Shown: piece after piece, positions 26,285-40,502 of the stretch
Numbering within the stretch: the first letter of the stretch is position 1
Layout of the letters: each line of letters starts with the position of its first letter
From: Eledone cirrhosa
Lineage: Eukaryota
NCBI GenBank assembly: GCA_964016885.1
Contig: OZ024745.1
Location: 103,478,001 to 103,542,000 of the forward strand
DNA: 64,000 nt
Reading direction: 5' to 3'
Made by a program: the position numbers and the translations under genes
Notes under the pieces: model-generated
The model's database searches: none
What the model saw: the letters and a program-made list of their open reading frames with translations, nothing else
Told to the model about the DNA's origin: nothing

Positions 26285-26631
26285 GGAGGTACATGGCTTA
26301 GTGGTTAGAGCATTGGCCTTGCAATCGAAAGGTTGTGAGTTCAATTCTCAGACCGGGTGATGTGTTGTTTCCTTGAGCAAGACACTTTATTTCACATTGC
26401 TCCAGTTTACTCAGCTGTAGAAATGAGATGATAGGGACTGGGGTCCATATCATTCCACTGTAAAGTGGTCGTGGAGGTGCCACGGCAAAAAAGCACCCAG
26501 CACTCATTGTAAATGAGGTTGGTGTTAGGAAGGGCATCCAGCTGTAGAAATCAAGCCAGAATCAGTTCCCGTCCCACCCTTGCAAGCAGGGAAAAGCGGA
26601 CATAAAATGAAATGATGATGATGATGATGAT
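26285..26631 (+). mobile_element. SINE family A, RTE-A-type tail
   Basis: Near-identical to 20873 copy. Confidence 0.9.
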
Positions 26632-27204
26632 TGAGGTTGATACGATCGATCGACTAAATCTCTTTAAAGAGGTGCCCCAGTATGGCTGCAGTGTTATGGT
26701 CTTATGACTAAAACTAGTAAAAGAATAAAAGACTTCATTTATTTTTCAATATCCTCATAAGAAGGTTTAAATTTCTTCCTAAAGCTATGAAGTGAGTAAT
26801 GTGTACTGTGGAATAAAGAAACAGAGCTAAGTTATCAGAATAAACAGCCAGACATAAGAAAGGTAATTAACGAAGTGCAATCATGAAAGTGATAGAGGAG
26901 AGAGAAAGAGAGAGAGGGAGAGAGAGAGAGAGAGAGAATTATATACACATTATCTCCTGTAAGTTAATGAAGCATAGACATGTTCACTCTTTACACATTA
27001 TGACTGACTCTAAGCAAGAGTAGTCAAGAAGTCTGTCTAGTGGTAGGAAATAATGAGAATCCTTGAAAATATATATTATATATTTTGAGTAAGGCAGATT
27101 TATTTATTTATCTTTTATTTTCATTTATTGTATTATATTTGTATTTTTAGTCTTTATGGTTCAGTTCCTGTAAACCTGAATGAAATGGTGTGCATTACAC
27201 TATA

Positions 27205-27293
<89 letters not shown>

Positions 27294-28422
27294 CTTTCTT
27301 CTTTTTTTTTGTTATTTACATCAAAACTTTTCATTTCTGAAAATAAAATAAAGTAAATAAGAAAATGATTAAAGAGATAAAAAGAAAATAATTTTATTCT
27401 ACCTTTTTTTTTTTCTATCAAATCTGTTATCCCAAGATACATCACTATTTTCAAATGATTTTTTTTTTTTTTTGTTAAGAGGTGGTTTAATAAAGTCTCT
27501 CGGTTGTACATAGAAGAAATTAGATTGTTTTTTCTTTTCAAATGCTAGAAATAGCAACCAACTCTTCTTCAAATCACATATAACTGCTACATAAATATTA
27601 AAAAAAGAAATTTGTCAATCGACAAATAGGACCGAGGAAACAATATTTCCGTTGGTCTTTCCAACTGCTAATTCTATCTATCAGTCACAACTCCAGGTAG
27701 AAGGAGCAACATGAAATAAAGTGTCTTGCTCAAGGAGATTACACATCACCTGGTCCAGGAAGCAAACTGACAACCTCAGGATTGCGAATCCAGTTCTCTA
27801 ACCAATCAGCCACACGCTTTCACTATATATAAAGGGGTGACATTAACTCTGGTCCTAGATATACAAAAAGGCATGATGGTCACAAATGGAATGCTTTTTC
27901 TATCAAATCTTATCCCTAGATACATCAAATATTTTTTTTAAGGTGGTTTAATAAAGTCTCCCAGTTATAAATAGAAGAAAGTAGATTGTTTAAGTATTTT
28001 GTGAATACAATTTTAGCTTACAAAGCTTCTATATCATTGTTTGATCTGCTAAAAATGATAACTAAATCTCTTTGAAATTGCATCTTGTCAACTTAAAATG
28101 GACATTGGCTGATGTGGTTCTAGATGCATTATGCCTGAAAATGTGATGGGAAGTCAGGCCTGGAATGTCTTTGATCACAGGTTTTCTCTATTAGAGTTAA
28201 TTTGCCACAACAACATAGGATGTGAAGAACTATTGAAGGAGCTTCAGTACGGTTGCTTAATCTGCTAGAAATAGCAACCAACTCTTCTTCAAATCACATC
28301 CTATCACCATATGAATAAAGGGATGACATTGACTGTGGTCCTAGACATACAAAAAGGCATGATGGTCACAAATGAAATGCTTTTGATCATAAGTCTGTTC
28401 AATCATATCTTGCCTGGAACTA

Positions 28423-28486
<64 letters not shown>

Positions 28487-29664
28487 ATTGATATTTAGAG
28501 CCAGGATATGCAAACAAAAGAGCTTAAATACTCTTCAGTTATGTCTGTAGTGGTAAATGTGCAGAAACAGTTAAGAAAATCATAACAAGGTTTATCAAAT
28601 AACAAGAAGAGCTGTGTAATAAAATATCCTAATTTTTAATTTAACTTAAAAAAATTAATATAACATAATGATGTAGAAAAAACTACCACACTTATTGATT
28701 CATTATTAATTACAGAGAAAATATATTAATGTTCTGTATGCATGCTTATATGTAATATAAATGCATGAGGATACCTTGTTGGAGTATAATTAATGGTATC
28801 AGTGACACATCAATCTTAGTATCTGAAATAATATATTTAGCACAAAGAGTCATTGGTTGGAAGAATCTGTTATGGCATGATTCTAAAGAACCAGAAATAA
28901 AGAGAAAAGTTAATGTCTTTCTCAGTGATTTCAGCTTTTAGTTCCTTTTTATGACTTGCTATCACATGACAAAAAAGTTCCAGACTGTTCTCTGGACATA
29001 AAATCTTGATATGAAGTTGGTAGGTCTTTGAATCCAATGAAAAGACAAATGCAGAGACAGTGTATTGATGGACAAGGCAACCTCATTTCCTTAGCGTGTC
29101 CTAAGATGGGGTGAGTTTATTCTACATGTCAAAAACATGGAAAATAACCCTAGTGCTGGTGCCACTTTAAAATACACACAGTATCCACTGTAAAGTATGG
29201 AAATATATGTGAGATGTAGCCCCTGTTTGAAAAGTCAGTAACATTGCTTAGATTCTGAGATGGTCTGTGATGACCTGTTCAACCTTTGACAGCAGGGAAA
29301 GCAGATGTTAAATGATGATTATGATGCTGATATGCTTGTTTGTTTACTCATGACTAAACATAATTCTGAACTTATTGCAGCAACATAACTGAGATAGGAT
29401 ATGCACAGTGAGTGAGTGTGTAAATTTTAAAGAGTTTCAGACCATAATATATATAAATATACAAACACACATGGCATATTTTACTTGATGTATATATAAA
29501 TATGAATATGAAAATATTTATTAAAATATTTAATACATAAATTTATATAAGCATACTATTCTCTTCATGCTCTTATAACTCAAAATAATTGGTATTGTAT
29601 TATTTTCTCTGTTCTAATTCATTCCTATTGCATTAGTATGTGTTGTCTTAACAATATATATATA

Positions 29665-29718
<54 letters not shown>

Positions 29719-29862
29719 AAAAAAGATTGAAAATGCAACTGGAGTCTTTTTAAGAATATTTATTTGGTTCATTTATTGGTTCGCAGTTCTTATGCATTTC
29801 AAAAGTAGAATTGAGATGGAGGGTTTGTGGTTTTTCTCGCATCTTATATATATATATGTATA

Positions 29863-30640
29863 CTAGCAGCAGTACCCAGCGTTGCCTGGGTAGGTAAAAT
29901 AATATCTGCTTTGATGAAAAGGTGTTGATCTTAGCGGCTGCTTCTCGGTGACTCATCTACGGCCACACAAAGGCCATGCGGGGGAGGGTGATGATGACCT
30001 CTATCACTGAGAAACACAGGCGACTGACGAAGGGGCATGCTGGGGGAGGGAGTTTCGAATTTGAACGAAATCGGTTGAAAAATGTGGGAGATAGAGCAGA
30101 AAAGGCGGAAATTTGAGCGAAAAGGTGGTATTTTCGAATATTTAAGCGGCTGCCACGCCGTTCCTGAACAAAAAGTCCAAAATGTAAAGCCACTTTAAGA
30201 CGTGAAATAATCAGAACTAGTAAGTTTATTAATGGGGAGCTAGAGCCGAAAAAGTGGAAATTTGAGTCTAAAAGTGGTATTTTTGAATATTTAAGCGGCT
30301 GCCACGCCGTCCCTGAACAAGAAATGCAAAATATAAAGCCATTACAGGATGTGCAATGATAAATTCTATTTTGCTTTAAAATTTGAACGAAATCGGTGGC
30401 AAAATGTGGGAGCTAAAGCTAAAAATCTTATTTTTTGATACCTAAAAAAAGGTGATTTTTATCTGCACAATGACCCAGGAATAAAAAGAAAAAACGATAC
30501 GCTGATATATAGAAAACACTCCCCGATGACTAATCTATGAGGCTGTAAAGTTTCATGAAAATCGGTCGTAAGATGTAGGCCCCTATAGGTAATACACATA
30601 CACACACACACACACATACTTAATTTTATATATATACAGA
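29863..30640 (-). mobile_element. Non-autonomous Helitron
   Basis: Minus strand A|TC...CCCAGGCAACGCTGGG hairpin-TACTGCTG-CTAG|T; subterminal (GT)n; internal direct sub-repeats. Confidence 0.8.
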
Positions 30641-30692
30641 TATATTTTATATATATATGTATATATATATATATATATTTTATATATATCTA

Positions 30693-30768
<76 letters not shown>

Positions 30769-30769
30769 G

Positions 30770-31210
30770 GAGGTGTAACACACGAGTTGTGATATATTAG
30801 TAAAAGGAAAAGAAAATGCTGACAAATTTTTCCCAGTGAAAAATACTTAATTAGGAATAAGTATAAATTAGTAATAAGTATTGGTTAGAATTCAGTTTTA
30901 GTTTTAAGTTTTTACCGGTTGCGTATTTCTAATGCTTTTCAAAAATAATTTTGAGATAGAGCGCTCGTGATGTTTGCTCTAATCTGATCAGTTTTGGAAA
31001 TTCTTCCTCTTTTATGTGAAAAAAGTGGCTCCAGAGGTATTAAGATTTGGTTGGTTGTTGAATGTCACGTGAATGAGTACTATAAATTTCGCGCCAATTC
31101 GTGTTGCAGAAATTCTTGTAGTCAAAACAATTTTGATTGGTCGGTAGAGGTCACGTGAATGTTAAAAATTGATTTTGCGCCAATATAACTTTTGCGCCAA
31201 TATAACATTT
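30770..31210. repeat. Dispersed repeat (inverted copy at 25484-25675)
   Basis: ~190 bp shared in opposite orientation. Confidence 0.7.
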
Positions 31211-31383
31211 TTCTTCTTTCTGCATTTATTTCTTTTTTAAAAGAATTTCTTTTAAGAAAAATTTTTTTTAAAAATTTATTTAATTTTTTTAAATCTTTTT
31301 AATTTTTTTTTATTTTTAATTTTATTATATTATTATATTATCTTATTATCTTTTATTATTTTATTATTATTATTATTATTATG

Positions 31384-31630
31384 AGAGGTTAACTTTGCCT
31401 TTCATCCTTACGGGGTCGATAAAATATAGTACCAGTAATGTACTGAGTAATTGCTGGCCTTGTGCCTAAAGTAGAAACAATTATTTTATTATTATTACGT
31501 CCCTTTACGATCTGAGTTCAAATTCCGTCGAGGTTGACTTTGCCTTTCATCCTTACGGGGTCGATAAAATAAAGTACCAGTAATGAACTGGTTAATTGCT
31601 GGCCTTGTGCCTAAAGTAGAAACAATTATT
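31384..31630 (+). mobile_element. SINE family B, two truncated tandem copies within (ATT)n
   Basis: Core and tail repeated. Confidence 0.8.
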
Positions 31631-32207
31631 TTATTATTATTATTTTATTTTATTATTTTTTTCATTATTTTTTATTTTTTTATTATTTTACTTTATTTTA
31701 TTTTATTATTTTTATCATTTTTATATTTTTTTAAATTTTTTATTACTTTATTATAATTTATATTATGTTTTAACCATTGTCTGTATTTTTTATGCTTTTG
31801 TACTTTTTTGCTTTTGCATTCTTTGTTTTTGTGTGCCATCTATTATATCTGCATCTTGTTGAATCCGCTTATGCCCTGGCATTTAGTTGCGGTGCTTAAC
31901 AACCCCAGCATGCACCTCTTTGTTCGCCATCTCCAATCTCCCTACTTTTATCTTTATTCTGATTGTTCGTGTGACTAGGTTTTTGTTGAGCTTATACTCA
32001 ACACTGTATTTATTAGGCTCTGAGTTTTCCTGCCAAAAGGTGAGGATTAAACATTGTAAGTAAATAAAGATTGTTTGAGTATGTAAATGTTCTTTGGTTT
32101 CTTTTGCATATAACGGCTCTGTTCTTGTACATTGAGCTAACACAATACTGCCATAATACAGTACGGTGCGTGCGTGTTTATGCACATACGCTCCGTGCTA
32201 TATGTAA

Positions 32208-32286
<79 letters not shown>

Positions 32287-33330
32287 ATATACGGGATAAC
32301 AAATTATTATTATAGGTAGTCCACTTAGATGTAGTCCAGTTAGAGTACTCCGACTAGTAGATAGTATTAATGCTTGGCTAAGTTTGACTCAACAAGACGT
32401 TTCCATAGTGATGCTGCGAGTACGCGGTGATTTCTATGTAGTTTATATTTGGAGTAATAATAAATCAAGAAAGAAGAGTGACATGGTTTGCTATACAATT
32501 ATACATTATTTTACTACTACTACAGTCCTTGAAATATCACTTTCCTCCTGTTGTTATAATGAACACCCCAATGTATCCGTAATAGTATTCATCATGTTCT
32601 CTATATATACCTTGCTTTCTTTACTACTGTATTAACTTATTGCCTCTATTGTTGTTGTTATTGTTGTCTTATTCATGCACGATTTATTATTGATGCTGTG
32701 AAAGCTAAACCCCCATGATTCGAACTAACAATCCCTACATCTAATATAGGCCACTTAAATAACGAATCTACAACTCTACTTTACACCACATAAAAATTAC
32801 CATCCTCACAACAATGAAAATATTTTATCTGTCAGATAATAAATAAATCTTCAACTTATGGCTAGCAAACCTACAGTAAAGCAGATTGTCCATAATTCCA
32901 GGCCCCAAGTTATCTCTTTGCCACCTCTGCACTATAACTAGCGTACCCCATGACAGCTTTCACATATCAATTTCATACATCTGTATCGTATCAGTTCGTT
33001 TTACATGCTAAGGTCATCATTATACTATATTTCTTACTTAGATTGATGTTGTGATTGTTTTAACTATTTACTATCTAGCTAATTTATTTGAGTATTGTTA
33101 TTATTGGTCTGATTTAATACCACTACTATATATAGTAGCCATGCCTGTGTATATCCTTCATTCTCGCATGTTCTGATCAATAGACTTGTTATAACAAAGT
33201 ATTGGTGATCGATTGACGCAAAATCAGGCGGGTAGCGATCTCTAGACCTACCAGTTGAGAGAAACAATTGTCAGCAATGTGAATAAAGCCCTTATTGTAT
33301 AGCAGACCATGTCACTCTTCTTTCTTGATT

Positions 33331-33399
<69 letters not shown>

Positions 33400-33400
<1 letters not shown>

Positions 33401-35364
33401 GATATATTAACAAATTGAAACTATATTTATAAAACCATATTTATTTCATTATACATATTTCAAGGACACCAAGTTAAATTATGGTGTGCTTTCATCAGAT
33501 AAAATATAATATAGATCAGTTTTATTAATAAATATTGACATACCCTTAAAGAATGCGACCATTTCTGTTGGAAGCTCCCGGGGTTATTAAATTTATTTAT
33601 TCTATTATGCAAAATAGAATTTAACAACCAACTCTGGACTAGAACAGATACACATAATAATTTCGATATCACTATGGGATCATCCGATTCCGCTCAGGTA
33701 ACGGATCTTGTGGGCCTTTTTATAAATAATTCTCTACATAGAAAAATACCTGAGATGACCGGAAGTTTATATCGTGACGACATGCTATTACTTATCGAAA
33801 ATAATAACTGTGAATTAAATAGGAAAAGAAAATAAATTATACAATTTTTTAATTACCTTAATCTAAAAGTAGAAATAGAGAATAACCATAAAATAGTTAA
33901 TTTTCTAGATGTAACCTTAAACCTTAACACATGTCTTCATTATCCATTTCACAAACTAAACGAGAACTTAAACTACGTTAATTTCAACTCTAATCACCCC
34001 AGATCTGTTAAAAATACTGTAGTGAATTCTGTACAGCAACGCATTTCTAGAATTTCAGCTAATAAGAATATATTTGATGATAAAGCACATTATTACAACG
34101 AAGCGTTAGGTAGAGCTGGATATAGAAATAAAATTAAATACATTGATAATAATAATATATCAACTAACCAAAATCTTAACAATTTTAACAACTATAATAG
34201 AAAACCTTACAATAATTCGGAAAACAAAAAAAGAAATAGAACTAGGAATATATTATGGTTTGCTCCTCCTTTCTCATTAAATATTAAAACTCCTATTGCT
34301 AAACTATTCTTTAAAGCTCTTGACAAATGCTTCCCTAGAACACATAGATATTACTCAATATTTAATAGACATACTATAAAATTAACTTATTCATCCACCA
34401 AAAATTTAGCGCAGAATATTAATAGAATTAATAGTAGAAATTTAAAACCTAACCAAAATACCACTAATAACCCCAGCAATATCCAATTTGATAAATGTAA
34501 CTGTAGAAATAAATCTAACTGTCCGTTAAATAACAATTGCTTAGCTAAAAATATAGTATATAATTGTAATGTAAAAACTAATTTAAATTCATTTAATTAT
34601 GTAGGATTTCCACAGATTTTAAATCTCGTTTTAATAACCATAAAAGCTCTTTTACGCATTTAAACAAAAAATCTTCAGCTTCTCTATCTAGCTTAAATTA
34701 AAGAACGTTAAATATTCGTTACTTTGATTTCATAAGCTACTCCTTTTAACCCCTCTTCAGAAAATTGTGATCTTTGTATAGAGGAAATATTCTTTATATT
34801 AAAAAGCAAAAATTCCCTGAACATAAGGAGCAATATTTTCAGTTGCTGCAGACTGAATTCAACGTTTAAATATAAATTTTAAATGTAATATATAATTAAT
34901 TCTATTAAATATATTGAACCTATCGATAAATCATTAGATTCCTTCATTTGACTGCTTAAAACTCTCAAATATTAAAAAAAAATTTTCATAGAAAATTTTT
35001 CTAGATAAACATACTGAAAAGGGGAAAATATTTTCTTTGAAAGTTTCTCCTATTTTTGAAAGTTTCTTTCTTTTTCTTTGAAAATTTCCCATATGGTTAT
35101 AAAAATTAAGTTAAACATATTGAGAGTTAAATATTATATATAAAAAAAATTTAAATTTTTATACTGAATTTTATAAACATATTCTTATTTTAAAATTATA
35201 TCTTAAAATATTTTTTTATATTTTTTTTAATTATATTGCTTTAAAGTTATATTGCTTATAATTGTAAGGATATATTTCCAAATCGTAATTCCTTTTAAAA
35301 CTATAATTCATTTTTATTTTATTTTATATATTATGTACTTTAATTATACTATGTACTTTATATT

Positions 35365-35380
<16 letters not shown>
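33400..35380 (+). mobile_element. Penelope-like element (Naiad-type), 5'-truncated, with inverted pLTR at the 5' end
   Basis: RT FDITMGSSDSAQ, LYRDD, VNFLDVTL, SNHP; linker RNILWFAPPFS; CNCRNKSNCPLNNNCL + GIY-YIG-like IVY..YVG; stop at ~33833 and frameshift at ~34610. Confidence 0.88.
33442..33506 (-). ncRNA. Type I hammerhead ribozyme in inverted pLTR
   Basis: CTGATGA-aagcacacca..tggtgtcctt-GAAATATGTATA; stem II differs from the 16934 copy by a compensatory pair (T-A vs C-G). Confidence 0.8.
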
Positions 35381-35461
<81 letters not shown>

Positions 35462-35570
35462 CCAGTTCCTCAGTGAAACAACAACCCAACCAGGAACTGG
35501 GCATATCAGAGTATTGACAAAGTTAAACACCTCAACAACATGTGTACTCGCTTCTACCACACTAATTCGG

Positions 35571-35625
35571 ACTGCCTGAAGAGGTCACAGCCAAAGATGG
35601 CTATCACGGAAATATATATAGCAGT
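35571..35625 (+). ncRNA. Type I hammerhead ribozyme
   Basis: ACTGC-CTGAAGA-..AGCCA AAGA TGGCT..-GAAATATATATA-GCAGT, followed by AATAAA. Confidence 0.75.
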
Positions 35626-35834
35626 AATAAACGAAGCCAAATTTTAAAGATTTGACTTATTTATTTTATTTGATTTTATTTTACATTACTCTGGAGTAAC
35701 CAAACCAACCTGCGCACTTCGTCGAGTGCTCCAATCTGCATACTGAGGTGTTGGTATACAACCAACATATACTCAAAATTTATATATATATACATATATA
35801 TTTAATAAATATATATATATATATTTATATATTT

Positions 35835-36335
35835 AAACGAAAAAAATGAAACGAAATTTCATTTTCCAATCTTAGTACGGCTGTTACTTAAATATAAGTA
35901 TGTACACGTACATACATATATATATATACAGACATACAGTAGTATGTATATATATATACATACATGCACACATGTATATGTACGTATGGATTCACCGAAC
36001 ATTTATTATAATGCTCGGTGTGTTTGTAAGCAAACATCCCGTATTAAACCGTAGTGGCTAGCAACCATCGTTGCTCGTTTGTTCAACACTGACAAAGGAA
36101 CGCTGTACTAGTTTCAAGCTTATTAGCAATCGTCAGCAACGTATACCTTCCTGCCAGATTGTTGAACGTCTGAAAGTATATACCCTCCTTATGCATATTA
36201 ACGGCTGAGTAGCCCAATTTGCATATCGAGTGGGTTAATCGGCCGGGGTAACGAAAACGATAGACGGAAAAAATGAAACGAAATTACATTTCCCACTTTT
36301 AGTACGGCTGTTACTTTAATATAAGTATGTACACG
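35835..36335 (-). mobile_element. Retrozyme-like unit (~425-bp period, terminally redundant) with hammerhead at 36101-36141
   Basis: Direct repeats 35842-35908 / 36268-36334; CGTTG-CTGACGA-stem II-GAAACTAGTA-CAGCG; sister copy 39025-39595. Confidence 0.8.
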
Positions 36336-36544
36336 CTTTTTTGCCGTGGCACCTCCACGACCACTTTGCAGTGGTATAATAGAGACCCCAGTCCCTATCA
36401 TCTCATTTCTACAGCTGAGTAAACCGGAGCAATGTGAAATAAAGTGTCTTACTCAAGGAAACAACACATCACCCGGTCTGAGAATTGAACTCACAACCTT
36501 TCGATTGCAAAGCCAATGCTCTAACCAATAAGCCATGTGCCTCC
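36336..36544 (-). mobile_element. SINE family A, 5' half
   Basis: Reverse complement of head and core. Confidence 0.85.
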
Positions 36545-36561
36545 ATATATATTTAATATAC

Positions 36562-36615
<54 letters not shown>

Positions 36616-37343
36616 ATATATATATATTTAATATATATATATATGTGTGTGTGTATATATATATATATATTTAATATATATATAACGAAGGAGGTGTGAT
36701 AGGGAACCAGATGGACCATAATGCACCAGAGTACTCAATACTTAGGGTAGTAGAGTGGGTTATAGGAAAATGTATGACCCCGACGGCCGAGCTCAAGTCA
36801 TTTCGACTGCTATTTCCGGACTAAATTAGAATTTTTAGCATGGTAATAACTAGCTGAACTTTTCAAGGGGTAATTCCTTATATGGGAAGATTGTAGTTAT
36901 CAAGAGGATTAGTCAAAATTTCTTGTAAACAAGATTAAGTCTGTCATGGCAGTGGGTGGGGGTGGGGGTGGCTGAACTAGCTTGTAGAGCAATGAGGGAG
37001 TGGGTGGAGCTGGTCAAGCGTTGAAAGTGAAATCTATACAGCAAATTCTAAGGATTGTTTATGAAAATAGGCTAGAGGAAGCAGGCAAAAAAAGATTCTG
37101 GAGAAAATATAATAATTGAGATTAGAAGTTAATAAATAAATAAAACAAATATAAACATAAAATCTCTAGAGTCTAAAACAGCTGGTATATTTAGTTGGTA
37201 TTGCCTTTTCGTCAATGCTATAGAATAGGTTAATGAGTTGAGTATAGAAGATACTAAATAAATAAATAAATTTTATAAAAGGATAAATATATATCAAATA
37301 TATAAGAACCCTAGAGCAAATATTTATTAGAATAACAGATTAA

Positions 37344-37394
37344 AGTTTAAGCAAAGAATCGCTGCTTTCACCCTTAACAGTATCTTCTGAAACT
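37344..37394 (-). ncRNA. Hammerhead-like motif with variant core (CAGAAGA, CUU site)
   Basis: AGTTT-CAGAAGA-stem II-GAAAGCA..TGCTT-AAACT; second copy at 49400-49490. Confidence 0.5.
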
Positions 37395-37479
37395 AAAAAA
37401 AATCAATCTGTGAATGCAGATATATATGTATATATAAATATATATATGTATATATATATTTTATATATATATATATATA

Positions 37480-38165
<686 letters not shown>

Positions 38166-38192
38166 ATATATATATGTGTATATATATATATA

Positions 38193-39026
38193 TCCCCCAT
38201 GAAGAATGCACCTCTCAACATAGACTCATAATTAGCGACCTCATAGTCAGGACGAGACGTACTCGACAACAGAAGAGGACTATCCTCAGGAGAAAAATAT
38301 GGAAGTTAAAAGACCCCACAGCCAGTAATAAATTTAAAAGCATATTACTTGATGCTTTTGATAGTAAGGAAGAGCAATTAGAGTCGTACAATATAGAGGA
38401 ACAGTGGGAATTCCTGAAAGCTAACCTGCTGAAGGCGACAGTTGAAACCTGTGGCTGGAGCCGACCTATAGGCAGGAGGAGAGTAACTTGGTGGTGGAAC
38501 AGTAAGGTGGAGGGGTCAATCAAGGCCAAAAAGCAGGCTTGGAAAGCAAGGCAGGATGGGGGAAGTAGAGAAGGCTATCAAGTGGCCAGGAGGGAAGCTA
38601 GGAGACAAGTATACTTCGCAAAAAGGGAAGCAGAGGAAAGAAAGTTCAAGCATGTTCTACAACGCGACGACCAAAACCGTGAGGTGTTCAGGATTGCTAG
38701 GCAGTGTCAAGGAAAACAGTGATATTGTCGGGGAGAAGTGTGTCCTTAATGATGATGGTGTACTTGCCATCACTGACACTGATAAGAAGGTAGCTTGGAA
38801 GTGTCACTACGAAAGGCTACTAAATGAGGAGAATAATTGGGAGAAAGACAGTCTCCCCCACATCGACCCAATAGAGGAACCAGCAGTGCAAGTTGAAGGT
38901 AGTATAATAAGTAAGGCGATCAAAGACATGAAGATGGGCAAGGCGGCCGGGCCTTCGGAAATAGTTGCTGAAATGCTGAAAGCATCTGGAACGGTGGGAC
39001 ACACTATCGTCACTCGGATAGTAAAC
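38193..39026 (+). mobile_element. RTE LINE internal fragment (post-APE linker to RT start), distinct subfamily
   Basis: EECTSQHRL..TWWWN..KAAGPSEIVAEMLK; one frameshift. Confidence 0.9.
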
Positions 39027-39593
39027 GTACATGCATATATGTATACAGACGTACAGTAGTATGTATACATACTACTGTACGTCTGTATACATATATGTAT
39101 GTTAATGTACATACTTATATTTAAGTAACAGCCGTACTAAGAGTGAGAAATGAAATTTCGTTTCATTTTTTCCGTTTATCGTTTTCGGTGCACCCGGCCG
39201 ATTAACCCACTCGATATGCAAATTGGGCTACTCAGCCGTTAATATGCATAAGGTAAGTATATACGTTCAACAATCTGGCAGAAAGGTATACGTTGCTGAC
39301 GATAGCTATTGAGCTTGAAACTAGTACAGCGTTCCTTTGTCAGTGTTGAACAAACGAGCAACGATGGTTGCTGGACACTAAGGCTAAATACGGGATATTT
39401 GTTTACAAACACACCGAGCATTATAATAAATGTTCGGTGAATCCATACGTACATATATATATGTGTGCATGTATGTATGTGTGTATACATACTACTGTAC
39501 GTCTGTATACATATATGTATGTACGTGTACATACTTATATTTAAGTAACAGCCGTACTAAGAGTGGGAAATGAAATTTCGTTTCATTTTTTCC

Positions 39594-39595
<2 letters not shown>
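39025..39595 (+). mobile_element. Retrozyme-like unit (~420-bp period) with hammerhead at 39291-39331
   Basis: Direct repeats 39063-39175 / 39483-39594; inverted homolog of 35835-36335. Confidence 0.8.
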
Positions 39596-40488
<893 letters not shown>

Positions 40489-40502
40489 TTTATATATATA
40501 TA

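Noticed and set aside
25484-30990. Large TIR transposon bounded by ~190-bp inverted repeats
   Set aside because: No TSD or transposase; the right copy extends outward; more likely two independent insertions.
36765-36822. Minus-strand GAAAUGAC...GUCAUA stem III-like motif
   Set aside because: No CUGANGA or stem II found; cannot be supported as a hammerhead.
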